From Macrostomum lignano (taxonomy: Eukaryota), in contig NIVC01002405.1 in the NCBI GenBank assembly GCA_002269645.1, positions 1-64,000 on the forward strand: a stretch of DNA of 64,000 bases, read 5' to 3'. The notes beneath the pieces are model-generated. The model was given only the letters and a program-made list of their open reading frames with translations, made no database searches and was not told the origin of the DNA. Made by a program: the position numbers and the translations under genes. Below are positions 11,701 to 24,360 of the stretch, in pieces (within the stretch, counting starts at the first letter, position 1; each line of letters starts with the position of its first letter).

Positions 11701-14700
11701 AGAAAATAAACAGGAAAACTTCACCCAAGGAGAATCTTTTGCCACTTCCGGGGAATGGGTAAGCTGGGTCTCAGGTGTTTGACTAAATTAACTTGGAAGC
11801 TGAACGCTGCCAACATCTAATCTCATTAGCAGGAGCGATGCGCACTTGAAGGTTAAATAGAGCGCAAAATTGTTTACATGTGTTTTAATAATAATAAAAT
11901 CTCATTATAGATCCACTCTCACCTTTAATCCAGCTCTCCAGCCCGGCCCGGGCGCTATAATAGTGCAAGATGAACTCTCCAGAGTCTTCGTAGTTGCAGC
12001 TGAAAACAGTTCCGGAGGTCTTCAAAATTTTCAAACTTTCAACAACATGCAGGGTGCATTTTGTGGACAATCAAATAAGCGCAGGTGTCTGCAAGGGCAG
12101 CATTGGGCTTCAAAGAATGCTACTCGATGCCCGGAGTTTCTTCGTAGCTAAATGAACCAGATAAATAAATCCCGTTGGATTTCTTCACCTAGAAATAATA
12201 AAAAAGCAGCTTCACCCAGCATCAGAGAATTTTGACGCTGCCTTCATCAAACCGCCAAGTCGGAGGGACATCCGTCGAAACTGGTCAGTAACGAAACAGG
12301 AGTTTTGGGACTGCCGTCTTCAAAATGGTTAATTGAATGCGACACTGACCCCATTGGGACAGCTACCTTCCGGCTCAAACCTCGTTTGCTCCATCTGTCC
12401 CACTGGGACAAATACAGCGGACATCCTAAACCCGGAACCGGAAGCTCGACGCCTCAATGCTGACTGTCATGTGTCTTTGAGGAAGTGAGACAGACAAGCC
12501 GTCTCCGCGACGCGCGAGCCTCAACACGCAGCAGTCACGTCACCATTACCTCTAGAGGATCCTTATCTAAGATTAGCTAAAACCGCCCTCAAGACTGACC
12601 TGAACGAAGGCGGGACCATGCTCTTGTTGTCGATTTGCAGGTAGTCGTGCAGCGAGTCGAGGTTCTGGATGAACTTCTTCAGGTCCTGGCCCAGAGTGTA
12701 AATCATTTTATCGTAGCCATGCTTCTTGAAGTACTTGAAGAAGTGACTGCCGAACATCTCGTACATTTCGTCTTTGGTCTTGTCTGCAATGCATAGCGTT
12801 TACTTAGCGCAAATAAAAGTAGTGGTTCGCAATACATTTGTTTCTCATTGCTAGACCCAATCGGCACTTCGGAGGCTAATACGGCAGCGATACACGATCT
12901 TCGAGGAAGGTCTTCGTTGAAGCATCGCTACGCTATGCTCTGCCCTGCACCACAGAGGTCCAGTTGGGACATCGCTACGCTCCATCCTATACCACAGAGG
13001 TCTAGTTGGACATCGCTACGCTCCATCCTACACCACAAAGGTCTAGTTGGGACATCGCTACACCCCGCCATACACCACAGAGGTCTAGTTGGGACATCGC
13101 TACGCCCTGCCATACACCACAGAGGTCTAGTTGGGACATCGCTACGCTCCATCCTACACCACAGAGGTCTAGTTGGGACATCGCTACGCTCCATCCTACA
13201 CCACAAAGGTCTAGTTGGGACATCGCTACGCCCCGCCATACACCACAGAGGTCTAGTTGGGACATCGCTACGCTCCATCCTACACCACAGAGGTCTAGTT
13301 GGGACATCGCTACGCCCTGTCCTACACCACAGAGGTCTAGTTGGGACATCGCTACGCTTCATCCTACACCACAAAGGTCTAGTTGGGACATCGCTACGCT
13401 CCATCCTACACCACAGAGGTCTAGTTGGGACATCGCTACGCTCCATCCTACACCACAGAGGTCTAGTTGGGACATCGCTACGCTCCATCCTACACCACAG
13501 AGGTCTAGTTGGGACATCGCTACGCTCCATCCTACACCACAGAGGTCTAGTTGGGACATCGCTACGCTCCATCCTACACCACAGAGGTCTAGTTGGGACA
13601 TCGCTACGCTCCATCCTACACCACAGAGGTCTAGTTGGGACATCGCTACGCTCCATCCTACACCACAGAGGTCTAGTTGGAAATCGCTACGCTCCATCCT
13701 ACACCACAGAGGTCTAGTTGGGACATCGCTACGCTCCATCCTACACCACAGAGGTCTAGTTGGGACATCGCTACGCTCCATCCTACACCACAGAGGTCTA
13801 GTTGGGACATCGCTACGCTCCATCCTACACCACAGAGGTCTAGTTGGGACATCGCTACGCTCCATCCTACACCACAGAGGTCTAGTTGGACATCGCTACG
13901 CTCCATCCTACACTACAGAGGTCTAGTTGGAAATCGCTACGCTCCATCCTACACCACAGAGGTCTAGTTGGGACATCGCTACGCTCCATCCTACACCACA
14001 GAGGTCTAGTTGGGACATCGCTACGCTCCATCCTACACCACAGAGGTCTAGTTGGGACATCGCTACGCTTCTTCCTACACCACAGAGGTCTAGTTGGACA
14101 TCGCTACGCTCCATCCTACACCACAGAGGTCTAGTTGGGACATCGCTACGCTCCATCCTACACCACAGAGGTCTAGTTGGGACATCGCTACGACATCGAT
14201 TTTTTAGCTACAGCTTGTAAATATTGATTAGCAAGTCGATTTCCAAATTTAAACAAGCGCGGAACCACCCAGCCTCACTGAGCTCAGTCTGAGCAGCCTC
14301 CACCATCTTGTAGAACAGCTGATCCGGATAGTTGTGGAAGATAAGAAAGTCGCGACCCTCATCCAGCGAACAGGCCGTCCTGAGCAGTGAAATAAAAAAT
14401 ATAAATATAATAAAAATTTCTCGCCTCAGCGACGGCAAACGAAGCTCGTGCAAAGCACAAAATTTACAACACAAAGGCAAGATTTGACAGGCTAATCTAG
14501 TGATTCGTGAGCGCAAACTGAGACTCACACTATCTTCTTCCATGCGTTCTTGGACGGCTGCTCCAGCATCATCTCCTTGAAGCAGACGTGAATGTGTCCG
14601 TACTGGAATTCAACAAACAGGGGGGGGGGTAAGAGGCAGGCAGCTGTAATGAAATCCGAGCTCAAGAGCACTCGACCCGTTTGCAAATCAGCTGCTCACA

Positions 14701-14977
14701 GCAGTGAGATAAACCGATCCACCTGCAAAAGTCTGGAAGGCCGGGCTTATTTTTCTAAGAAATATACACTAAAGGGAAGACGGATAATTAAACTGCTTGC
14801 TTGATGCACGTCAACATGCTTTCTACGAGGTAAATGTTATGATAGTCGGTATTTTGGATTGGGCTCGAATTTTTACGCGGCGTTTAACCTGAGAAAAGAT
14901 ATTTTACGCAACTAGTAATTAAATTATTTTGCTGTGCACAGAAATTCACTGAGAATCTCACTGATTGCACTTACCAT
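5757..14977 (-). CDS. Soluble guanylate cyclase, beta/atypical type (H-NOX + H-NOBA/PAS + coiled coil + cyclase), about 686 aa, 11 exons
   Basis: Exons 14977-14975 (ATG only), 14602-14529, 14379-14279, 12783-12600, 11999-11923, 8101-7634, 7406-7267, 7011-6831, 6749-6454, 6377-6223, 6138-5757. All introns are GT-AG and the total is 2061 nt. Motifs: MYGHIH, LDSLH(105)D, HYYSAR (YxSxR), [54 protein letters not shown]; C-terminus CRLL. The 3/74/101-nt first exons match the sGC-beta layout as I recall it. Confidence 0.95.
8389..9715 (-). mobile_element. Full-length mariner (DD34D) DNA transposon, 1327 bp, in sGC intron 5
   Basis: 31-bp TIRs CGAGGGGTGCGCAAAAAGT(T/C)TTGGCAACTGG with one mismatch. 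TA target duplication at 8387-8388 and 9716-9717. Single intact transposase ORF. Confidence 0.97.
8463..9530 (-). CDS. Mariner transposase (355 aa)
   Basis: HTH region with PRSGRP, WVPHAL linker, catalytic [15 protein letters not shown] and [10 protein letters not shown]. No stops or frameshifts. Confidence 0.96.
   Translation of the reverse strand: MENITADQWRFYVFMRSQLGENATKIHAELVQVVADQAPSYRTVARWIELVSAGRRSMTDSPRSGRPMTSVTEQNIVAVRQLVDEDRNITVALLSQTIGISDGSVRTILHDHLGLRKVTARWVPHALTAEQKQERVRCSQEFLRCFGEGGTKRLTDVVTGDEKWFYYFQVPHKNQNKVWIGSDEDRPTVLRPGFRSRKQMFVVFFSINGPETVVMVPNGQNVNATFYTGEVLPKVVASVMEKQPTRLQSGRIHLHHDNASSHTAAMTTSFLADNKLKVIPHPPYSPDLAPCDFWAFPKLTERMAGCHFQRPQDLARRINSELNTMPASEYRAAFEAWIRRHQKCIERGGDYIEGL
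9925..11103. repeat. 39-bp minisatellite (CAGTTCACCCTGCTGTGATTGGTCAGCAGCTCTGATCTC)n, intronic
   Basis: About 30 near-identical head-to-tail units with no spacers. Confidence 0.97.
12920..14192. repeat. 42-bp minisatellite (GGGACATCGCTACGCTCCATCCTACACCACAGAGGTCTAGTT)n filling sGC intron 3
   Basis: About 30 head-to-tail units. Confidence 0.97.
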
Positions 14978-15313
14978 TTCTTTTATAAGTATTGCTTTGC
15001 TGGCAGTTTCCTTTGTGAGTTGGATGGCACTTGCAGGCAGTCAGATTCGACGATGAAAAGGTGGGCGCCCGCACAGTTCGAGCGGAGTGGTTATGCGGCA
15101 GGTTTGGGCAGACACTCCAAGTCCTTCTTCAGTCTTCACCCGAGTTTGCGTGGAGCAGGGTGTTCGTAATTATAATGGGGGCTTCCAGGCAGGGTCCGCC
15201 AGGGGATTAATGTGCCTGAATCCAATTGGCTGAGGCTCCAATGCTTCAGTGCAGTCGGCATGCGTGCGCTATACGATGCAGCTCGGTTGGGGTGCTCCCG
15301 TTTCCCCTGTCAC

Positions 15314-15550
<237 letters not shown>

Positions 15551-18062
15551 GAAGACCAGTGCAGAATGTACTGTTTACCTCAGAACTACCTCAGACGGTT
15601 ATAGCTGATTCAATGCTATGGAATGCCTTAACTGTAGTGGACGATGTAGAGAAATTTGTCTTGAAAATGCAATGACACGTGCCTGTCATCAACAATACAT
15701 TTCCCCAAAGGCCCATGTACTTTGGCTGGTCTCTCTGGCCGCCGAATCGCCGTGGTCGATGAAGACGCATTAGTTGTTCGCTCAAGAAGATGCAGTTAGT
15801 TTGCCGCAAAATTCGTAATCATAAGATCTCGCTTTGTGGCGAAACGGGACAGACGCGAGCGGAGCTGGTACAGCGGAAGGAATTAATTCCAACACTAGCT
15901 AAACCGCAGTGCAGGCTCAGACTGAGTGTGCTAATCAGTGCACCCATCAAAGCGATCCAGTTAGCCGGTTGGGGTCCACTTTGATTTATCAAATTATGGA
16001 GCTCTTAATCATATCTGCCGTCCGTCTGCGCGGGAAACTGCAGCGATTATGTACAGGTTAACTGGATTTGAGGCAAGAAGTTCGAACTGGTACTCGTAAA
16101 CAAGGAGGAGCGGATCACTGAGGTAAATGAAAGTTCTTTTGATCTAATGTGGTTCGTTTTGCAAACCATTGATGAGATGTTTACCATTTAAAAGGCGACT
16201 ATTTTCATGTTGAGCAGTTGCATTTGATGGGCTGTGTATTACATTCTGAGTCACGCCTTGGACTGCCGAAAACAAGTACGGAAAATACAAGCAAGAAAAT
16301 ACTGGATGTTTGTTGTGGAGGCTTTGTTGCCTCCATTTCATTTCTGGATTCCATTTCAAATACCGTTACATGTACGTCATATTATGCCAGATGCTTCAGT
16401 GAGTTCCAGCCTTCGATATTATCGTCGTGACACTTCAAGTCCGATCGGCTAGAGCAAAATTCATTGATGCCTTTGATGTTGGAACTTAAAAAATGCATGA
16501 GTAAGACCTTTGATGTACGAAAACATGCCGACAAACAGTCGAGAGGCGCCGCCCTTTGAATTGAAATATGCATAAGGGCAAATGGAGCCTTTGACCAACA
16601 GTCTGTGACACTGATTAGCAGTGTCACGGGGCATCTCTCAAGGTCTATAGAAACGAGTAAAAGTCTTGTCAAAGTAGAGATTTTTGCTATTGTTTTCGAT
16701 TAGAAAAATAGGATTGTTAATTTTTATAAATCCTAATTACATTTCAAGTGCCTAAAATCAAAATGCTAAGCATGATGAAAAGGAATGATAAAATTTTTGT
16801 AGAACCTGCCTCCGAAAAGTTTCCCAAAAAGTAGTTTCCTGTTCTTCTACTTAGTAGTCCTTGGATTGGGGGAGCCTCGATCCTACTTCCGACTGCGACG
16901 AATGTGGACAACCCGACGACAAAGACCTGGCTGCTCTGCCCGAGATGGGACGCCACTGGAGTGACCTCGTTGGCTGATTGTTATAAAAAAGGCGATTTGG
17001 TGCTTTGGCAGGTTTCTGACAGGTTTTCGTTCCGGATCACGACGACGACGTCAGCAGGCCGGCAGAGACAAAGGGAAGCGTTATAATGACTATCATTGGC
17101 GATCTTGAAGGCAGCGCGCAGTTGTTTGTCACTTGGTTCAATAATAATGCAACTAGATATACCAAACAGCGTATGAATTTTATGCTAAAGAATTTGTGCC
17201 AGAATTTATTTGCATAATTGCAAGTACAATATATAATAGAAAGAAGTGCACAGCGGCAATAACATGGCTAGAAGTTATTCAACTGCTCCACGGCATCAAC
17301 ACTTCTCGGGGACAGAGCGGGTGCACGCATGGTCTGGCATCAGCTGGGCCCATCAATCAGGGAGACGCTAGAATTACGAAGGCATCTGCCCAATTAACTG
17401 CGAAAAATTCCAAATGAGCAATTAACCCCGATAGCCGGGGCGTGGTGGGAAATTCTCAGTGGCGAATTATCAGCACCTCCATGCGGCGACATTGCGAGAA
17501 TTTTAACTGGAATTTCACTGCGAATCAAGGATGAGACTGGTCATAGGACAGGGTAAGGGTAATTGTCGTAGATTCCACCAAATGCGCTCGTACATGATTC
17601 ATTGCTACACAATGTCTCCAATATGCTATAACCAACGTCATCATTCCGGCTCTTCAGACTCTTGCCTTGAATCCAATCGCTCATCCGGGTCAAGACTCAG
17701 CATTTTTTTAACACCTATGCAATCCGATTAGCTTCGAGGTGAAATAAAGCAATGTACGATAGCTCTGACAACCATGTTTACAATTGCAGAGCACCAATTT
17801 AGCAAACCTTTTAATTTATTTCCCGTGCACCTGGCACTGAAGCATCGTCAGATTTTCGGATTCTGCCTCTGCCACTATCATCTTAAAGCTATACTTAGAC
17901 AAATGAAAAACAACCTGGCATGATCTTTCTGGAATGCACTTTTGCATCTGACAAGCATACGATAAACCGGTAATTGCAATCAATTTTCTCGTATGAAAAA
18001 CAATTCTAAAGTTTTATTAAAATGCGCAAGACTTTATCAACAAGCGATTGCTATGTCAAAGT

Positions 18063-19347
18063 CTAATCAATAGTCCCCAACTCAGGCCGAGCTCCGTTAG
18101 TATCCGCAGCCTTCGGCATTGTCGCGTAGACTCCCACTGCCCCGGTCCCCGGCCCGGCCTCGTACATGAACTCGCTGGGCAGGCAGTACCTGGCCAGCAG
18201 GCGCAGGTTGGCCCGCTCAGCTGCCAACCGAAAATAGTAGCGACCAGGATCGCCAACCAGCACTTCGGCCGCTGCAGACCCTCGAGGTCTGCCGCCAGCC
18301 GCTGCCTTCAGAGCCCAGTCGGCGAGACGGGCGGCGGCCTCCTCGGAGTAGAACAAGTCTCCGATCAGCATCACCTGCGGCTGCTCGTTTGCGGTGCACA
18401 GCGGCGGCCACTGGCCAATCAAGTCGTCGGAAACAAACTGAACGCGCTGTCCTGTTGCTGCGATAGCACCGTCTGCGTGATCGAGCTGGTTGATGCTCAA
18501 GTTGAGCCGGGTCGCTTCCAGCGCGACTGGCGATGGCGGGAATGGGAAAAAGTTAAAGAATGCTTGAGTGAGTCTTTGTCAGAGTTGGAGTTTTGGTTAA
18601 TCGTTATTTAAAAACTGTGAACCCTAATCCTAACCCTAACCCTATATTTTATCACGTGATCACAAACTCGTTCTCTGCTCCCCATGCTCATGTCAATAAT
18701 AATTCGTACTCGTAAGCAATCTCAAAGACTTGGAAAGTTTTTTGGCAACTATTAGGCACGACAAAAACTAAGACCTTAGCTAGATAGAATTTTATTTTGA
18801 GACAAATCATAAAATCCTACACGTGAACTGAATTTTAAATTTTACAATCGTTTATTACTATTAGTAGTCAAGTAATGTCGAAGACTCATATCGCTATTTT
18901 GTAGCAAACTTGGCGTTTCCATTTCCCGATCCCCGCCTATGCCACCTCCCTACCCTGGTCAATGTCGTTAAAAATCACGGACGCAGCGCCGGCCATCAGA
19001 GCAGCGATGCCTGCCGCGCCGCAGCCGCAGCCGACGTCGATGACTCTGCGGCCGCGCACCCGGCCAGGGTTGTCCAGCAGGTGGCGGGCGAGAGCCTGGC
19101 CCCCTGGCCAGTAAAATCCCCAGAATGGGTCGCTGAATGGCAGCTCAGAGAAGCTGCTGGACTCGCCAGGTCTGGCATAGAAAAGTGAGCACTCTGGAGT
19201 GATGAGCCGCAGCGCCAGCTCTGGTGTAAAATGTTCCCTGCAGACTACAGTGTGAGCAGCGATGAGACCGAGAGTTTGACTGCACAACTGACGGCACAGG
19301 TGACCATTAAGCTGCACTAGCTTTTTCGTGATGACGAACGGATGCAT
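18063..19347 (-). CDS. ETFBKMT: Electron transfer flavoprotein beta lysine methyltransferase (METTL20 family), about 285 aa, 2 exons
   Basis: Exons 19347-18954 and 18526-18063 (phase-1 GT-AG intron, 858 nt total). Motifs: TPELALRLIT, DPFWGFYWPGGQALAR, SAM motif I VIDVGCGCGA, NDID, LIGDLFY, VLVGDPGR. Confidence 0.9.
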
Positions 19348-20119
19348 GAAAGTAGTGCTAAGTTTTTATGAAAAAAATTAAATTGAAGATGAGCTATTAT
19401 GAACAGTAGAATCAATAGTATATCAAAAAATAACAAATTTATAAATTTATCATACTTTGACAAACCCCAAAAATTCTGCTTTAAGACTCCAAAAAAGTCT
19501 TAACTTAAGTCTTGAGCAAGGAAAGACAATGGTATATCTTATATGCTAACATAATTTACTGATTTGCATAATAAAATATGATTAAGCATGCATTTAAATG
19601 TGGCGCTGATCCGATAAATTATCTAGAGTAGCATACTAGGCCAAAAGAGGAATAGAAATCGTCTAACTTCATGTTGTTGACCTGAAGTCTAAATTTTCAT
19701 AGCATCTCTATGACATTCCATATTCGGATAAACATAGCTATGTATTTCAAAAACATCAAACCAAAAAAATTTTACATAGCATCAGATCGATCAAAATTCA
19801 AAACATGTTTTTTCATGATAATAAATTATTATGTTTATTGTTTATAATGCAAGAGTTGTTAAGTAGTCCTGTCCTTGTAATAAATTAGCCTTGTGTTTCT
19901 TGGAAGAATTGAATTTTAGAAACTCGATACTGAAAAATAACAAAGCTAGCATAAACCCGTCGTATTCGGAAAGAAAGCATAGTTACTATCAAATTACTTT
20001 AATAGGTATGGTAAATTTTAAGTTCAATAGAATACAACTAAGTCATTAAGTGCCTTAATGTTATCGTTTCTTTTTCTCGCCAATCAATCACACCACAGTC
20101 ACATTATCATAATTTTTTT

Positions 20120-20775
20120 GGCAGTGCTTATCCCCACGGTACCGTAGGAATAATTTCTGTCTTATTCCAACGGTACCGTGCGAATAATTTTCTGCTTATC
20201 CGCACGGCACACTGAGGAGATAGCTGCCCTATCTTCTACATATGCCGTGCGAATAATTTTCTGCTTATCCGCACGGCACACTAACGAGATAGCTGCCCTA
20301 TCTTCTACATATGCCGTGGGAAGTTTAGTACATACGATTTGAGTGCAGTATAACAACTTTGTTGAATTTTTGTTGAATAAGTATACAGAAGGGTATCAGT
20401 AAAGCAGAATAACACGCATTTACACATGCATATACTAGTCTAGAACTGATTCGAGTTTATACATCAAGATCAACAGCTTCTTAGTATCCTCAGTTCAAAT
20501 TCCCTTTCAATAAGCTATAAAGTTCTATTCACGCACAGCATATTGTAGCAGATAGGGCAGCTAGTAAAGCAGAGGGAATAAAACAGAGGACGTGTAGGGC
20601 AGCTATCTCGTCAGTGTGCCGTGCGGATAAGCAGAAAATTATTCGCACGGCATATGTAGAAGATAGGGCAGCTATCTCCTCAGTGTGCCGTGCGGATAAG
20701 CAGAAAATTATTCGCACGGTACCGTTGGAATAAGACAGAAATTATTCCTACGGTACCGTGGGGATAAGCACTGCC
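20120..20775. mobile_element. Non-autonomous Mutator/Foldback-like element (656 bp) with about 180-bp modular TIRs
   Basis: Termini GGCAGTGC...GCACTGCC. Perfect 9-bp direct repeat AATTTTTTT at 20111-20119 and 20776-20784. The TIRs contain internal tandem subrepeats. No coding capacity. Confidence 0.85.
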
Positions 20776-20942
20776 AATTTTTTTACCCTGCATAACGTCT
20801 TACCATTACCAACAACAGTATTACCTGTCACTGCCAGGATTTAGCTAGCTACTATTATTTAATGACGTAATGTGCAAAACAAAATGGAGTTATATTAACA
20901 ACTATAAGCCTAGGTCTAGTTGAATAAATATATGAATCAGCT

Positions 20943-21264
20943 TAAGTTGGTTTTGTTTCTGCTTGATCGATTGGTTTAGGCTAGGCTCTTGCTTAGCTAT
21001 ATGCCTATAGCATTGACTTGGTCTTGGCAACTTATTTATTAAGTTCTGGTATCCGGTCACTAGGCTATGCTTTTTCCAATAATAAATAATATTTGTAGGC
21101 CTATAAGTTGGTTTTGTTTCTGCTTGATCGATTGGTTTAGGCTAGGCTCTTGCTTAGCTATATGCCTATAGCATTGACTTGGTCTTGGCAACTTATTTAT
21201 TAGTTTCTGGTATCTGGTCACTAGGCTATGCTTTTTCCAATAATAAATAATATTTGTAGGCCTA
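20943..21264. repeat. Tandem duplication of a 161-bp unit
   Basis: Two near-identical copies starting TAAGTTGGTTTTGTTTCTGC at 20943 and 21104. Confidence 0.9.
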
Positions 21265-21584
21265 TTTATAAGTTGTTTATTGCATACAGAGTATATTATA
21301 TTGTAGATAGGGCCTAAATGTCAAATGACAATTAGTTGTATCATTAATTGTATACTTTTTAATAATAGCTTTTTGTCTATGGAAAAGCTTAAAAACAGCA
21401 AAATTACTATGCTATTAGCTAGCCTAATTATCACTCTTTAGCTTAGCATTGCTCAGTTTCTGAGACCCTGCCTAGGCCTACTTAAGCCAACAAATGCATT
21501 CAATGGAACTGCCAAGAATTGAATAGCTAACAAATATACTTACCATTTAAATGTGGTACACAAAGTAAGTAAGGTACATTGTAA

Positions 21585-23160
21585 GTTATTGCTGCTAATA
21601 TGTCTATAACCATATGCACCCTCCAAGTCATCCATGTATAAATAGTTCTCTTGCTTTGCTGAGAAAAACTATGAACTACAAGACAAGTTGAGATCAGGCC
21701 AACCCCTTGCTGTTAATAGTGATACCATTCTCCAAGCCCTTGAAGACAATCTAGACTATTGCATCCGCAAGCTGTCAGGTGCTACTGGTGTGATAAATAG
21801 GCAATTAGATAAATAGCATGCATGGTGAGCAATTATTTAGGCCCTAGACAAACCTACTTGGAGCATTCGAAGATTTTAAAGCTATTAATCCTAATTGCCT
21901 ATCGCCAGTCGGCGAGTCCTACCAGTCTTTCTCCAATAGCCGCAGGTACAGTACAAGAAAAGAAAGAACACGAGGGAACACAAACCAAAAGATTTAGAGA
22001 GTGATAATCCTATGTGATACAAACTGATAATTGGCTAGACGATTTAATTTGATTACTCCAAGTTACAAGATTCAAATTCAAAGCGGTACAGATAACTAGA
22101 GTTGACAAAACAACAATAATGGTTAATAATAATAATTAGATTACACAACTGGCAAGCAGATCTCAGCTGAGAAGAAGAGGAAGAAAACCGGACACAACCA
22201 CAGAGAAAACTCCTAACCCCTGGCCTAAACCCGAACCTACTCTCAAACGAGAGCCCTGCCGAATCGACCGTTCAACGGAGTACCGACTAAATTCTATTGG
22301 CACTGCCCTTCAGTGTAACACTGAGGCCCTTGGGGTCAAGGCCGCGTACTTGATCAGATCCAACAGTCTCTATCTAAACCGCGCTTGATAGCGACGACTT
22401 CAGACAGAAATTTGCCGTAGGCGTTACGCCACAAGACTGAAGCGGTTGGGCAAGGGAACAAAGTATGGACCGGGGTGACGAAATCAAAACGCCTCAAAGC
22501 GCAAACCAAAGGGAAACAGGCCACCGGCCAGGAAGCTGGGACACAAACCAAGAACCGGGAAAAGAAGGCGAGGAGAGAAGGCGAGATCTGATTGCCAAAC
22601 ACACTTTCATATATAGTCAGAGTCACAACCCCTCAAAACCCCCTCAAGCCGGGTGGTGGTCATCTGGCTGGCCGCTTGCTTAAGCCAAATTGTACTGTGC
22701 CCGCGGCGCCGGGTAGAATTGAAACTTGCCGCGTGCCAGGGTCCAGGCCGGTTCTGATTGGCTAGCCGCGCAAAGCTAGGGTTCGCAGAAAAACTCAACC
22801 CTCCACTGAGTCACAATTGGCGTCTAACTCTAACCTGTTTACAATTTTAGATTTCAACCAACTAGAAAAAGTACACAAAAATGCATGACTAAACTAGAGC
22901 AAAATAATAATTCAATAACAATAATGCAAAACCTAACTAATAGAATACGCAAAAGATGCTCACACTACACTGGGTTGTCCTATGGCACAATCTAGCAGAG
23001 CCTATATCCTGCGGACAAGGTGCCAAAGAAGGCAACTCTGGTGCCCCATGAGCTAATACCTCAGCAGCTAAGAGCTAGGGTGGATATGACAAAGAAGCCA
23101 ACTCTGATGCCCCATGAGCTGACACCTTAGCAGCTAAAAGCTAAAGTGGATTTCGCCACA
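21585..23160 (+). pseudogene. Degenerate mariner transposase fragment interrupted by a solo LTR
   Basis: Removing 21789-22969 and one TSD copy restores the frame ...ELQDKLRSGQPLAVNSDTILQALEDNLDYCIRKLSGATGLSYGTI*QSLYPADKVPKKATLVPHEL..., i.e. the RSGRP box, second HTH and WVPHEL linker. It contains in-frame stops and a 66-bp tandem duplication around VPHEL. Confidence 0.7.
21789..22969. mobile_element. Solo LTR-like insertion (1181 bp)
   Basis: TGT...ACA termini and 4-bp direct repeat CTGG (21785-21788, 22970-22973). Its excision restores the host mariner reading frame. No internal retroelement ORFs. Confidence 0.7.
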
Positions 23161-23567
23161 ATTAAGGTTGCTATGACTTTGAATCTTTGCCAACCTATTT
23201 TGCCAAACTTTTTTAAGTTGCTACCCAATGTAGTACTCCCATTGTAGCAAGGAGCTGTTCTCTTTCTGGCTCTGCTTGCCTGGCCTTGTTTTCTGGGTCA
23301 TCCCAAATGGTATGGCTATGGCATAGAGGTAATCTGCAGCAAACTGGAACAAGTTGCCCTACATCACTGCTATAAACTGTTTGCTCTTGAGACAATTTGT
23401 TACAGTTTTCAATTGTTCAAATTCCAGAAACTTTTGGCTCACCCTAATATCTATAAGTGTATTATAGGCCTATCTATTTGTATTATAATAGAATTCTAGA
23501 ACTAAAACTATAATGCATGTTTGCATTCATAAAAAATCCAAGAAAATGCAATATAGAAAAATAGATA

Positions 23568-23760
23568 TCTCTACATATAAAAATCAAAACTCCGTCTGTG
23601 TGTCTGTTTATATGTGTACAATTTTGATCCCTATGGACTCCCAAACTGCTCAACCAAATTACACCAAACTTTACACCCACCCTAAACTTACTACGGAGAA
23701 TGTCTTGGGCTACCTTTAAATTTCCTAGACTCAAGTCTTCCTACCTAAAAGTACAAAAAA
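23568..23760 (+). mobile_element. Possible 5' end of a non-autonomous Helitron-type element
   Basis: TCTCTACATATAAAAATC...CGTCTGTGTGTCTGT...AACTGCTCAACCAAATTACACCAAACTT resembles animal Helitron-N/DINE-like 5' ends as I recall them. No 3' hairpin/CTAG end found. Confidence 0.35.
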
Positions 23761-24360
23761 CTGCTCAAAATGTGCAATTTTTTTCACTAAATCCTCCATA
23801 GTACCACTCCACTTCTACTGATTCTCTTCACATTTGACACAGAAAATCTTCAACTATTTTGGCACAATCATGTAAAATTTCGAGTCTCAAAGTTAATCCT
23901 GAATGGCGCTGTGCACTTTTAAAGTTAAGCTGTTTTTTTTAGCGAGGCAGCCACCCAACCTCTGCCCACCTGCCTTTCTTTCCCGATCTGGGCCCAGATG
24001 TGTAAAAGAGGTTTCGAATTGACTAACTTTCAGCTGCCATAAGTTTGCTCCATTTGAAGCGATTGACTTCAAACTTGACACAATTCTTCATTGACTCATT
24101 CTCTGTCAAAATGTAAAGTTTCAACTCTGTAACTTATTCAGAACAGAAACTGTAAGCATGTGAAGTTTGTCTGTTTTTTCTATTGTTCGTGCCACTCACT
24201 TACTCATTCCCCCAGAGCCAGACCAAGGGTCAGGCGATAGGGCTGAATGTACATGGCAATGTATAGTGTTTTGGAATAGCTTTGTTTATGGCCTTCTCTG
24301 TACCCCCATTTAGCCATCCATAACAGTTTAGTAAGAAATTCTAACCACTCTCCTCTGTAT

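Noticed and set aside
9762-14220. Long ORFs in the 39-bp and 42-bp arrays
   Set aside because: Unit lengths are multiples of 3 without stops in some frames; the arrays lie within well-supported sGC introns.
18622-18643. CCCTAA telomere-like units
   Set aside because: Only 2-3 imperfect units, which is expected by chance.
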